From positions 29,512,001 to 29,576,000 of the forward strand of contig NC_135760.1 in the NCBI RefSeq assembly GCF_052425735.1: a stretch of 64,000 nt of DNA, written 5' to 3'. The translations under genes were made by a program, and so were the position numbers. This stretch comes from Oculina patagonica (taxonomy: Eukaryota). The notes beneath the pieces were generated by a model. That model saw nothing but the letters and a program-made list of their open reading frames with translations, was not told the DNA's origin and did no database searches. This document shows positions 38,601-48,675 of the stretch, in pieces; position 1 is the stretch's first letter; each line of letters opens with the position of its first letter.

Positions 38601-41600
38601 ATTGTGCACTTCAATTATGCATGTAACTTAATAATTTTAAGCCAAAAAAGTCAAATATAAAAGCATTTGAGTTTGAAATGAACACTGTAACGTAGTAAAA
38701 AAATTGTTGACTTTTACTTGATAGTTGATATTATAAAAATTGTGAATGTATGCTCATTTATCAAAGCAAGGTTAAAATATATATTTCTTTTGGCAATTCA
38801 TACTCTGGTTGATTTTCAAGCTGTTGATTTGTGCAAGTTTAGAATCTTTTTGTACTATTGCATGACATTAGTACAGGGTTGCACTAGCCATGTAAACTAG
38901 CTCCTGCAGGGCTGTTTCATGGGGTCTACAGAGCCTGCTGGTTTAAAAACTGTTACAGGGCTGTTACAGTTTGGCTACTTGGTAGAAACAACCTTGCTAA
39001 CTGTGCCAATTTACGAGCTGCAACAGGGCTGTCCTGGACAAGCCTCAGAACAGCCTGTTACAGGCTTGGTACAGGGCTGCCACAGGGTTATTGTTGTCAT
39101 TAAATAGGCAATACCATGACAGGGCTGTTACAGGGTTGCTGCTTGGTAGAAACAACCTTGCTAACTGTGCCAATTTACGAGCTGCAACAGGGTTGTAACA
39201 AGGTCCTTTTTACACCCCTGTTACAGGGCTCCCAGGGGGTTTCTACAGGGTAGACTTTTTCTTAAGGTGGCTCTTCGACACCTTCAAAACTCATGGCATT
39301 CCCACGCGCTGATCAATCGCCTTCAAGGAGCTATTTGCAATCATCGCAGCGCTAACCAAGTGGGCACCACGACTCACTGGCAAACGTATCCTCTTCCACT
39401 GTGACAATGAGGCCGTCGAACATATCCTTCAGAGAGGCCGCAGCGTGTGTCCCCACATCATGACCCTCGCTCGTTATCCATTCTTCCTCTGTGCACATTA
39501 TAGCATAGAAATTTCTGCTGTACATATCCCAGGTGCCCAGAATAATCGTGCTGATGCCCTGTCTCGTTTACAGATCAGTCGCTTCAGATCCTTGACACCA
39601 GACGCCGACCCATATCCAACTCCAGTACCAGAGATCTCCCTGACTCCCTTCCGATGAAGGTCAACTACTATTTCCAGCATGGACTGGCTCCTTCTACTCA
39701 GCGTACCTACAGCGCTCCACAGCGTCAGTTCATAGCATTCTGCACTCAGCACCAACTCCAGGCCCTGCCGGCTTCGCAGTACACGCTCCAATTGTTCGCA
39801 GCTCATTTGGCCCAACGCCTCAAGCCCCAATCCATTCCAGTCTACCTCGCGGCAGTTCGCGCACTCCACATAGCCCACGGGTTCGACAACCCCCTGAAAG
39901 ACACCTTACAGCTGAAACAAACTCTACGGGGCATCTCCCGTGTTCACGGCGAACCACCCACACAAAAGCTACCCATTACGTTTGACATCTTGAATTCCAT
40001 GCGCCCACTCATTAATATCAGCCTCCATGACGACCTGGTATGCTGGGCGGCTATGGTCATCGCACATTTCTTCCTGCTTCGCTGTGGCGAATTCACGGTC
40101 TCCCAGCCAAATGCCTTCTCTCCTGCCTACCACCTCACGGTCGCCGACCTACAACTCAAGACATCCTCAGAGGGCCACCAGTACGTTGCGCTACGCCTTA
40201 AGACCTCAAAAACTGACCAATTTCGTCGTGGCCACGTCTTATATGCGGGCCACAGCAGCCACCATATCTGTCCTGTCTGCATCGCGTCTCAACTTCTCGC
40301 CTTGTACAATGGCAGCAATACTCCTGCAGACTCCACCCCTTTGTTTGCTCTAGATGACAGATCAGCTTTATCCCGTCCAGTTCTTCTGAAATTTGTATCC
40401 CAGCAACTGCGTCTACTCGGTTTTGACCCCTTAGCATACGGAGGCCACAGTTTTCGCGTAGGAGGGGCCACCTCTGCAGCATCTGCTGGACTGAACGACT
40501 ACGCAATCAAAACACTTGGCCGCTGGTCATCAGACTGTTACCGTAGATATATACGTACCCCTATCTCCAGTATATTACAGCTTTCCTCCAAAATAGCCAA
40601 ATCAGGACACTCCCAGTACTGTTATGCAAACCCTTACGATATTTAATTCCTATTATTATTAGCACTTTTATTATTTTTTTTCCCTTCTCTTATTATCCGT
40701 CTATTATTTTCATTACTTCTTGGGTCCTTAGCTTTTTTTGGGCAGTTTATAGGTTGACCCAGAAGTCCCTATCAATAAAGTCTGCCCACGTTTTTACCAA
40801 ACACTTTCGTTTTATTGTTGTGTGCATGTAATTAAATGATATTAACTTTAGTTAATTTAGGTTAATGAATAAATGTACAATCGCCAGCGTATTATATTTC
40901 ACGATCACATTCGCGTCGATCGCTACATTGTGTTAGGCTAGTTTCGTTTTCTCTCGTTTGTATTTTCCCATCCCTCCCTCCCAGGCAGTTTATAGGTTGA
41001 CCCAGAAGTCCCTATCAATAAAGTCTGCCCACGTTTTTACCAAACACTTTTGTTTTATTGTTGTGTGCATGTAATTAAATTACATTAAATACAGACCCCC
41101 CCCCCCCCCCTGCTAAAAGGTACTAACGCAACTGTGGAATATGAAATGGAAACTCCTAAGAGATGTCAAAACATGATTTCAACCTCTAAGAGGTACAAGA
41201 AGCATCCCCACCATTGCCAAAAAAGTTACCTCTCCCCCCTGGGCAACAGAGACTTCCCAGAGCTCCTACCATGGCACCCTGTGTCACTAGTCACCAGCAC
41301 ATCCTTCAACTACCGGTAATACAACCCTAATGGAAATTGATGGGGCAGCACTTCTCTTTCTCAGGAATATAGCAACTGAAGTGGCCTACAGAGACCAGTA
41401 AATATGCCAAAATAAAGCAATCTCATTAGTTTTGTTAAGAAACAATTCCTTGTCTCTCAATCTCGGTCTAGAATCAGTAGATCCAGAATCAGTAGATTTT
41501 TGGACCGTTGTAATAATGTCAGCAAACACATAGTTAGTAGAGCTATGCCTAACAGGACCAATTAATCCCATATTTAAACACACCTTTGTCAATTTCTTCC

Positions 41601-44255
41601 TTTATCTTTGCAATTTCGCCCTGGGCTGCCAAGAAATGAAGAGAGGGATCTGAAAACATCAAACATAATCCAGTTTACTATCAGAGCTTTATAATTTGTC
41701 CTTGAAAATATGACTTAAATTTTTAAGGATATTCCCCTTTGATATTCCCCAGTGTTGCATTGCGCATCTCTACTGCGTATAATTTTATGCAGTGAGATTA
41801 TGTGTTATAATTACCTTATTCTTGCTAAATTTTGTGAGTATTAAATTTTGCGAAATATTAAGAGCCACATTTCACGAGGAAGGTAGAATTGGAGTGTATT
41901 AAATTTGGGATTTTTTTCTATTCTTAAATATGAAGCTTTGACCTCAGAACTGTAACATGATTAATATTTGATTGTCATCGTAGAAAACAGCAAACAAAAT
42001 AAGCTAAACATAACAAAGCAAAAGGTATTCTACAGTCTAAACACCCAATAGGTACAACTGCAACTGCACAAGCAAGATTATGAAGAACTACTTAGCGGCA
42101 GAGGACAGTTCAGACAGTGAGATTCATGGAGTGAAAGGATAAATGATATACAAAATCAAACAAAAAACTCCCAAACATGAAGCTGAGAGAAGTTGGAATA
42201 ACTGTAATAAAGCAACAGCTTGAATTTCATTATTTTATTGATATTATACATACTAGTGGTAACCACAGGTTAGAAATTGCGGGCCCTCATTATTCCAACA
42301 GGTTGCGAAAATTTCTCTGACAGTGTCGATAAATCACTGGACAATTACTGGATTATTCCGAGTAACGCGTCACGCAAGGATGCATGTAATCGAACACGCG
42401 GTGTAATTGGGATGTGATTTTCCTCGGTCGGTGAACTAGCCTGGTGAACTTGCTATGTTGTCAGTGTTGTAACGAATTTTTCGAGATCAACCATTGTTGG
42501 AATCATTTGTTTGGCAGTGGTTTATCTGTGATACAATAACAGTAAATCTTCTCAATACCAACGCCGAAACAACGTCTGCAAAACGTAATGTTTCCAATCT
42601 TGCGTGTGACAGAAGCCCCGATCTTATGGGATAAACTGTTGAAATTGACGCATATTTTGCATTCTAATCATTCTTGACGAACAGATTTTCAACTTTCACA
42701 ATTAAATTTTGCAATTTTAATCTTTCCGTGATCCATATTTTGCGAGTATTAAATTTTGCGATTTAAGTGCATGCAAAATTAAGTAAGAATAAGGTATTTT
42801 CTAGCTTACACTGTGCTGCACTATCACCATTGCTGAGATTCTCCTTTACTTCTTGTTCCAACTACACAAGCAAAGACATATACCGGTACACGTCAGATGG
42901 AACGAGAAAAAAACAAATACATATTAAAACTTTGAATTCTATTCAAACAAACTTTATTACATTTATTCTATAAATCTAAAAAATGCAGATGCATGAGTAC
43001 TCAGTTGATTTTACTCCAGATAATAATTTTCTGGAGTAAAATTAAAGTTTAATTAATTATTTTTATCCCATTTGAAACCACGAAATGGTGTAAATTACCT
43101 TTTTTTGAGTGGAACAACTACCAGTAATAAAAAAATATCAGAATATCATTCAAGCATCCAGAAATTGAACTTCTTTTGTTATGCACCTATCAATGTTAAG
43201 CCTGAGGGGGGAGGGGGGTCGGGCAAGGGGGGGGGGATTTTGACATTTTCTATAAAAAAAAGTCAAATTCCCCACCCCTGGGACAAAATAATTGGCCAAA
43301 ATCCCCACCCGGGAGCAATGAAAGGTGGTCAGATGTCCTTCAAACCTTGTTGCAGGGGATCATATATGACCAAAATCCCTACCCTGGGGCAATCACGTAC
43401 GATCAAAATCCCTACCCTGGGGACCGACCTCAGGATCAAATTCCCGTGGTTAGCCCAACCCCCCCCCCCCACCCCTCGGGCTTAACATTGATAGGTGCAT
43501 TACTGGATCGAAAAGTGCTGTAGGTGATTTGCATACCCTCCACCAAACCATACTCCCCCTACCTAAGAGATGCACAGACCATAACATGCGGGACCTCACA
43601 AATTTTTATACTAATGCTGTACTCCATGTGCATGGGTACGTGACTACCCAGGGGATGATAAGCCTGTGTTTAATAATATACAGTAGCTCGCACCTTAATG
43701 CCGCTAGTCAATTCTTTTGTAGATGAAGGCCTAGAGCCTCTCTTGACTGAAGCAGGAGTACCAGACTGGGAAAAATTAGGCTCTGAGAAAGAATGTTGCC
43801 ATTTTTAGTAAACAAACAATTAAAATGGACAAAAGGAAATTAAAGAGATTGTTTAAAAACAGTTACGGCTTGTCCCAGAAAATACAGCAAAAAATAAAAA
43901 ATAAAAATATGATTTGCAAGAAATTTGAAAGCAACAAGTTATGACAAGTTATTGGAACTTCTTAGTTTTTCAACTATTTCCACATGTGTTTTCCATGGCG
44001 ATTTTAGTTTTTCGCAGGCGATGAGTACATTTTCGATAGTTAACAGTAAGCTTTATACATTCATTCTGTGTCAAGGTATATAACTTAACTATCAAAGCAG
44101 ACTGCAGATTATAAAGTATCCAGTAGTATCGAACTGCACGTGGTTTATATTTCGCTCTCACCTGTTGCCAGTACCGCGGCCACCTCTTGATCAGGTTCCA
44201 GGTGATTAGCCAGCTTATCTTGCGGCTCTCCCTGTGACTCTTGGTTCCCTAACAT
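24366..44255 (-). CDS. RFXANK: RFXANK/ANKRA2-family ankyrin-repeat protein; exons 44255-44162, 43782-43694, 42861-42810, 41649-41584, 29785-29718, 28959-28804, 26045-25979, 25224-25144, 24448-24366
   Basis: Phase-consistent GT-AG exons give ...SLHFLAAQGE...DKTGLTPLAWAAAHRQ...GETALSFAACQG...GGTPLMYAAYNGY...GADLTATNNEGHTALSLAVGVGNKNVQRVMEDYL, matching the RFXANK/ANKRA2 ankyrin series. Confidence 0.85.
26230..26652 (+). mobile_element. 5'-truncated LINE (CR1/L2-like) 3' end
   Basis: ...GRTFAVTAAKEWNKLPTNIRSSQNVKLFK C-terminus, AATAAA and (TTA)n tail. Confidence 0.75.
26810..28449. mobile_element. Non-autonomous Mutator-like element with 9-bp TSD
   Basis: TIR AGCAGGAGGGCATTTTGCGTGCGCATGCGT, perfect TSD TAACTGAGG at 26801-26809 and 28450-28458. 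Confidence 0.85.
29443..29511. repeat. Perfect 69-nt AT-rich palindrome
   Basis: 34-nt arms ggcttctaaagtttttaagacaatattattcttt with a 1-nt centre. Confidence 0.9.
30542..31606 (+). pseudogene. Ngaro gag-like ORF1 with an in-frame TGA at 30956
   Basis: ORFs 30542-30958 and 31004-31606 are in the same frame; WLAAWFQF and YSYDVRFR motifs, CCHC knuckle CARCKGYDHLAREC and C-terminal Cys/His finger. Confidence 0.85.
34227..38480 (+). pseudogene. Transposon-borne multi-exon BEN-domain gene; degraded first exon ~34227-34396, then 34755-34844, 35455-35592, 35749-35820, 36280-36330, 36544-36609, (unclear), 37602-37824, 38374-38480
   Basis: Clean phase-0 exons; C-terminal RLLRTLMDMFFTPEVMAGSTAKG...LDALDPQTMEALYRFV...NDKCYSYRRK fits the BEN pattern; the putative exon 1 has stops and a frameshift. 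Confidence 0.75.
37860..38111. mobile_element. MITE in the last intron of the BEN gene
   Basis: Ends atacctgccaact / agttggcatgcaggtat; internal ctcacgcc and cttcgga repeats. Confidence 0.7.
39654..40646 (+). CDS. Ngaro tyrosine recombinase (intact ORF)
   Basis: FLLRCGEF, KTSKTDQ, GHSFRVGGAT, GRWSSDCYRRY (R-K-H-R-W-Y catalytic set); ATGA overlap with the pol stop. Confidence 0.95.
   Translation: MKVNYYFQHGLAPSTQRTYSAPQRQFIAFCTQHQLQALPASQYTLQLFAAHLAQRLKPQSIPVYLAAVRALHIAHGFDNPLKDTLQLKQTLRGISRVHGEPPTQKLPITFDILNSMRPLINISLHDDLVCWAAMVIAHFFLLRCGEFTVSQPNAFSPAYHLTVADLQLKTSSEGHQYVALRLKTSKTDQFRRGHVLYAGHSSHHICPVCIASQLLALYNGSNTPADSTPLFALDDRSALSRPVLLKFVSQQLRLLGFDPLAYGGHSFRVGGATSAASAGLNDYAIKTLGRWSSDCYRRYIRTPISSILQLSSKIAKSGHSQYCYANPYDI
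41813..42796. mobile_element. Non-autonomous TIR element with a nested repeat (~42253-42680)
   Basis: taccttattctt...aagaataaggta ends and repeated attaaattttgcg motifs. Confidence 0.55.
43182..43499. mobile_element. PIF/Harbinger (Tourist-like) MITE
   Basis: TTA|TGCACCTATCAATGTTAAGCC...GGCTTAACATTGATAGGTGCA|TTA. Confidence 0.8.
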
Positions 44256-45199
44256 TCTACTGTGATCATTAGTGTTAAAAAACTTTCACTCCATTCAACA
44301 AAACACAAAATCGCAAAATCTATTCATCAAGTCATTCATCAAAACAAATGATTTCATGGTTCTCGTTCCAGTCCTAAGCTCGGTTTTGCCTGCCACAACC
44401 TGAAAGGGATTGTGGGAGATCAACCTGAGACTTTTTCAAATACGAAACAATTCAAAATGCAAGGCAACTCCACATAGAAATAAAATAGAACATATTTACT
44501 GAAAAATAGTTTGGCATTTGATCTGCCCTTCATCTCAGATTGTTTTGATTCCCAGTTCGAGTGAAGCTTAACCCGAGACGGTTTTACCGGGGGGGTCCGC
44601 ATGGCGTACTGATTGGCTCTCCTGTGTGTCTCGATATTAGATTATGAAATAAAGAAGATACTACGCGCGCTGTGGTTGGGGAATGGTTGATAACCAACAA
44701 ACCTTAACTGTAAGACGGAGATAGGAAACTATTTAATATAGATTATAGAACACTTTCTTTCCATCAGTTCCAGCCAAACACTGGTTATTGAAACACTCGT
44801 GCAAAGTTTGGGCGAACTAGAAATGTCTATGAAAACGTTTACACCGCATTTCTTGTGCTACTATGACGCTTTGGAAACACAGAAGATTTTTCGTACTTTT
44901 TAAAAAGACAAAGACTTCAAATCAGTGGAACGGCCTGATAAACTACAATAATTCGTATCAAGTCTAAATGATTCATGTAGTTGAAGAGTGGGAAATGTAA
45001 GATCTATTTCCACCGGCGAACCCAAAGGAAGACTGAAGGGCGCAGTTACAAATGTATTGAGATGATTTTTCCCAAATAAAAAATAACATCAGAGACTAGA
45101 CTGGCTTGGGGCGTCTTTTTCAAGCTTATTTATTATTTCTATCGGCACATGCTGACAGTTTTCTACCTGTTTCATAGCAAGCACGTTATGTTTGTGTGT

Positions 45200-46093
45200 T
45201 TAGTCCCAGTCTGTTTTGATATCATGGAGCTTAGTAACAACTGATTTTCTCAAACCAAAGTTTGGCAAACTGCTTTCCAATTCAGTAGCAATGTGAACAG
45301 TCTTGTCAGCGGACTCCTCTTTGAACAGTTGAGGCTGTTGAGCGTCTAATTTTCGTTGGTCTGAGGAAGTTGAAGATGACGATGGATGTTTATTAAGGGA
45401 AATATCAACTCCTCCTGATTCACTGCTTAGCGTAGTTTCGTCTTTTGTAACGTGCATTTTTAGTTTTCCTGCATCACCACTTACGTGAAATCCTCCATAT
45501 TTAACATCTGATTTTTTACTACCCGAAACGTTCTGTTTATCAAAGGCAGACTGCTTTGTAAAATATTTTCTTTGCTTTTCTGGTGAAATTGAAGAACCTT
45601 TCCTTAACAAAACCCTTCTTAGTTTTTGTCCCGACTTTAACTTTTCTGAACTCTTTGAATAAACTCTTTTTTCCAGTGCGAGTGACTTCATTGATTTGTT
45701 TCTTCCTGATTTCTTGGCTTGCCGTCCTAAAGGTATCATTCTCTTGAAAATCGCAGATTTACGAAAGCTGATGGAACTCCATCCTGGCTGAGTAACATGT
45801 ACTATAGGTTTGTCCGACTTTAGGACGGGATATTCCGCTGTTCCAGGCTTAACTACTACTTGAACAGAATCTGCTTGGGCTGTTACCTTCGCTTGGTCTT
45901 TAGTTGCTGTAATTTTCAAATCCCCTGATTTGTCCTCAACTTGAAAGTGCGCCTTTTGTCCCGCGCTTTCAGCGGCTAGAGCAATAGGCATCAAAAGCGA
46001 CTGGAAGACAATACACGCAGCGAGCAAGCCATAAAATAACTGCATTATTTTGCTAGTGTAGACGGCAGAATACTTCCTGGAGAAAATTGCCAT
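45200..46093 (-). CDS. Uncharacterised secreted protein, 297 aa, with two copies of a ~40-aa beta-rich domain
   Basis: Hydrophobic signal ending IALA-AE; repeats HFQVEDKSGDLKITATKD... and GFHVSGDAGKLKMHVTKD...; basic linker with RKS/KKS sites. Confidence 0.8.
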   Translation of the reverse strand: MAIFSRKYSAVYTSKIMQLFYGLLAACIVFQSLLMPIALAAESAGQKAHFQVEDKSGDLKITATKDQAKVTAQADSVQVVVKPGTAEYPVLKSDKPIVHVTQPGWSSISFRKSAIFKRMIPLGRQAKKSGRNKSMKSLALEKRVYSKSSEKLKSGQKLRRVLLRKGSSISPEKQRKYFTKQSAFDKQNVSGSKKSDVKYGGFHVSGDAGKLKMHVTKDETTLSSESGGVDISLNKHPSSSSTSSDQRKLDAQQPQLFKEESADKTVHIATELESSLPNFGLRKSVVTKLHDIKTDWD

Positions 46094-46922
46094 CTTGCCA
46101 AGCGAAATGGAATTGCTAAACGTCTTTCAGTCAACTGCTATTGTTTTCTTTAACTCGTGGTAAGAGCTGTTAAATAATTTATTAGAACATTCTATGTTCA
46201 TTTGGACGAGAAAAACTTCATCCTGCCGGAAGGACTTCATGATCATGAGTTTTTAAAGTTCGAACTCATCACCGAGACAGCTTATTACTGGCACTCCTTC
46301 GACAACACTTAAATAATAGAGAAAAATTTCAATCTCTAAATAGAGAGACAAATTATTTGAGACACGTTCCACCAGTTATTTTTTGTCGGGTGGTTTTCTG
46401 TGTGCCTGTTAGTTAAAGACGCGTAGATCGTGTCAACTGGAACATTTCTTCAAAAACCGACTTCATTTTAGTATCGCGTTTGACTACCGGCGGAAACGTT
46501 GTTTATATTTCTAATTAAATTCAGTGATGTTTTTTTTGTTTAACGATGGCGCTAATTAAAGTTTAGAAAACTTGATGCTAAATATTTGTCTTCTTCAATT
46601 TATCGAGGTATACAACAATAAACCGGAATGGATCACGAAATTTCTTTCTTTCATTTTTATTTCATTTTTTGCAGTATATGACAGTGATAACGGCGGTTAA
46701 GTAAATCACACAGAATTCTTATTTGAGATTTTAGAGCTTTAGGCGCAGAAAACCAATGAAAAAGGACAATCGCGACCAAACTGAGATAGCTTGTTAATTG
46801 TCTTTTTCAATATTTATTTAATGAGCAGGTTCTTTACCGATCCCATTATCCCTTTAACGCCCCTCTATTGTTTCCAGAACCTGCTAAAGTTAAACCGATG
46901 CTTTGTCACTTAAGTGCCCATC

Positions 46923-47824
46923 ATGGAAGTGTTACGACTTGTGCGTTCCTCGAGAATTTCGTTCCTGACTATTTACTGTTTTGTCATTGTCGTCGCAATG
47001 TTCATATCATCGATTAAATCTTCTCCCATTCCGCAAGACGCTGGAGGTTTTCAGAAACCACATTTCCAGGTAACGCCGAAGAACTTCTGACGCGAAAATT
47101 GGACCTCCGAATGGAGCACGAGATATCGTTCGTGATTGATTTTAGATTATTAGTCGTGCAATTTTGAGAGATTATAATTCAACTTTTATGCCAGAAAATA
47201 ATTTGCTTAACTTGGAAATATCGCATACTTGTTTTGATTTTTTTTTTGCCAGTTTAAGTTAAATCAACCGTACGTAGTCTAGACTGAGTTTTTGAATTGT
47301 AACTTTTTCATCTTTTCACGGTTAGGACGGTTAGCTTGCGTCTTCTTAGAGTTTTGACATTTAATATTTTTTGTGCTGAAATTCCAAGTTAAAAAGCGAA
47401 GAAATGCAAAATTTACCTCTCCAGCGATGCCTCGATCGTTTTGTTACACGTTAAAAATGTTTAACAGTTCGCTGTTCTCACTAATGTTTTCATTAGTATA
47501 TGTATCGAGCGATCGAGCGATGCGATCTCTGTATGAAAATCAGATTAACGACGAAAAAAAGAAAAGGAAGGAATAAGCCTGGACAATAAGAAGAGAACCT
47601 ATCTGGCTTACAATTATTTTCTTGTCTTACGTTTTTATCAGGTGGAACACAAGGCTGGTGTTTTGTCGATCATGGCTACAAAGGATAAAGCTGATGTTGA
47701 TGTGAAGTCCGACACGATTCGTTTGCTGGTAAAGCCAGGAGATAGACAAGTTCCCGCTGCTAAAGAACCCGAGGTCAAGACAGTTCACGTGGAAGCAAAT
47801 TTACCGCAGATTTCCGCCCTCTGA
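46923..47824 (+). CDS. Uncharacterised secreted protein, 109 aa, paralogue of 45200-46093 (exons 46923-47069, 47642-47824)
   Basis: MEVLRLVRSSRISFLTIYCFVIVVAMFISSIKSSPIPQDAGGFQKPHFQ|VEHKAGVLSIMATKDKADVDVKSDTIRLLVKPG...; phase-0 GT-AG intron. Confidence 0.8.
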
Positions 47825-48675
47825 CACTAAACAAAACCCTTGATATAGCTTAAGAGTCAACGTGAGTTCAACAGCTTTTATACTGCATCAACGTTTTGAG
47901 CAAACGCTCGAAGAGGCCATGCCACGAATGCGTCTATGTTTTTCTTAATTTAAGACTACTTTCGTAAGATATTCTTCTGAAATACCAATTACTTGCATTG
48001 ACAATTTCACTTCTGCACAGCGAAATGAAGAAAGCCAGTAGTACTATGTAATTTCCTCTCGAAGAACGAAGTTGTCGCACGACAACTGGTAGCCAAAGGA
48101 GCAGCCAAACAAGAATTCGGCCATGTCGATTTTGTATTGTTACAGGAGATAATGCCCTGTAGCTAAGAACAGGCTGTCTGCATGCACGCAGTGAGGGTGG
48201 GGTGGCCGGGGCAAGAACTGGGCGAAAGAAAACGCACGCCACGCGCGCCCTTTTCAGAGAGACTCGTTGCTCGTGGTGGTTCAATGAAAAAATAACCAAA
48301 AAATTGATAGCCGATAAAGGAAGACTATGTAAAGCTCAGGTTTTGTTCGAATCTCTAGATGTATTTTCAACTGTGGTGAAATCGTAGAAAACCATTTCAT
48401 TCAGGAGCCAGTGGTTTCTCTAGACCAGATTTAAAGCAATTTTTTAAGAAACGCCTGTTAGCACTCAGAATCTAAGTTACTGGACTGGGCCACCGTTTGG
48501 TCTGGCTGGGTCATCTGGGTTCTACGGGGCATCTCTTACGCTGAATCATGTGGAACACAAGCTTCAAAAGAATACAAAGTAGACTAAAAACGAAGCTTTT
48601 ATTGGAACATTTTCAATATAGACTAACACCGCTTCCTTTTAAAGATAAATTGCAGCTATTCACAGTTAAAACGCT

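Larger units (their letters stand above)
32830..39267. mobile_element. 6.4-kb TIR DNA element (CACTA/EnSpm-like architecture) with no recognisable transposase
   Basis: 31-bp TIR CCTTAAGAAAAAGTCTACCCTGTAGAAACCC; many subterminal ACAGGG(C/T)TG repeats at both ends; removing it restores GGG GCG TGG (G-A-W) of RNase H. Confidence 0.88.
31173..39657 (+). pseudogene. Ngaro RT/RNase H ORF split by the 32830-39267 insertion
   Basis: RLIHDLS, KLDLSDAY, LPFG, YLDDF, YTDAS..AFGAYFQGA, then after the insert WLFD...*SIAFKELFAI...FHCDN...HIPGAQNNRADALSR. Confidence 0.92.
30403..41080 (+). mobile_element. Ngaro-type tyrosine-recombinase retrotransposon (DIRS order), interrupted
   Basis: Split direct repeats A1 30403-30536, B1 40741-40837, A2 40838-40971, B2 40984-41080; gag, RT/RNase H and YR ORFs; no methyltransferase domain seen; no TSD. 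Confidence 0.93.

Noticed and set aside
32832-39265. piggyBac classification because of TTAA near both ends
   Set aside because: TTAA lies inside the TIR, and the reconstructed empty site (gcgtgg) has no TTAA
39654-40646. Phage integrase or bacterial contamination
   Set aside because: It overlaps the RT/RNase H ORF and lies within split direct repeats, so it is the YR of a DIRS-order retrotransposon
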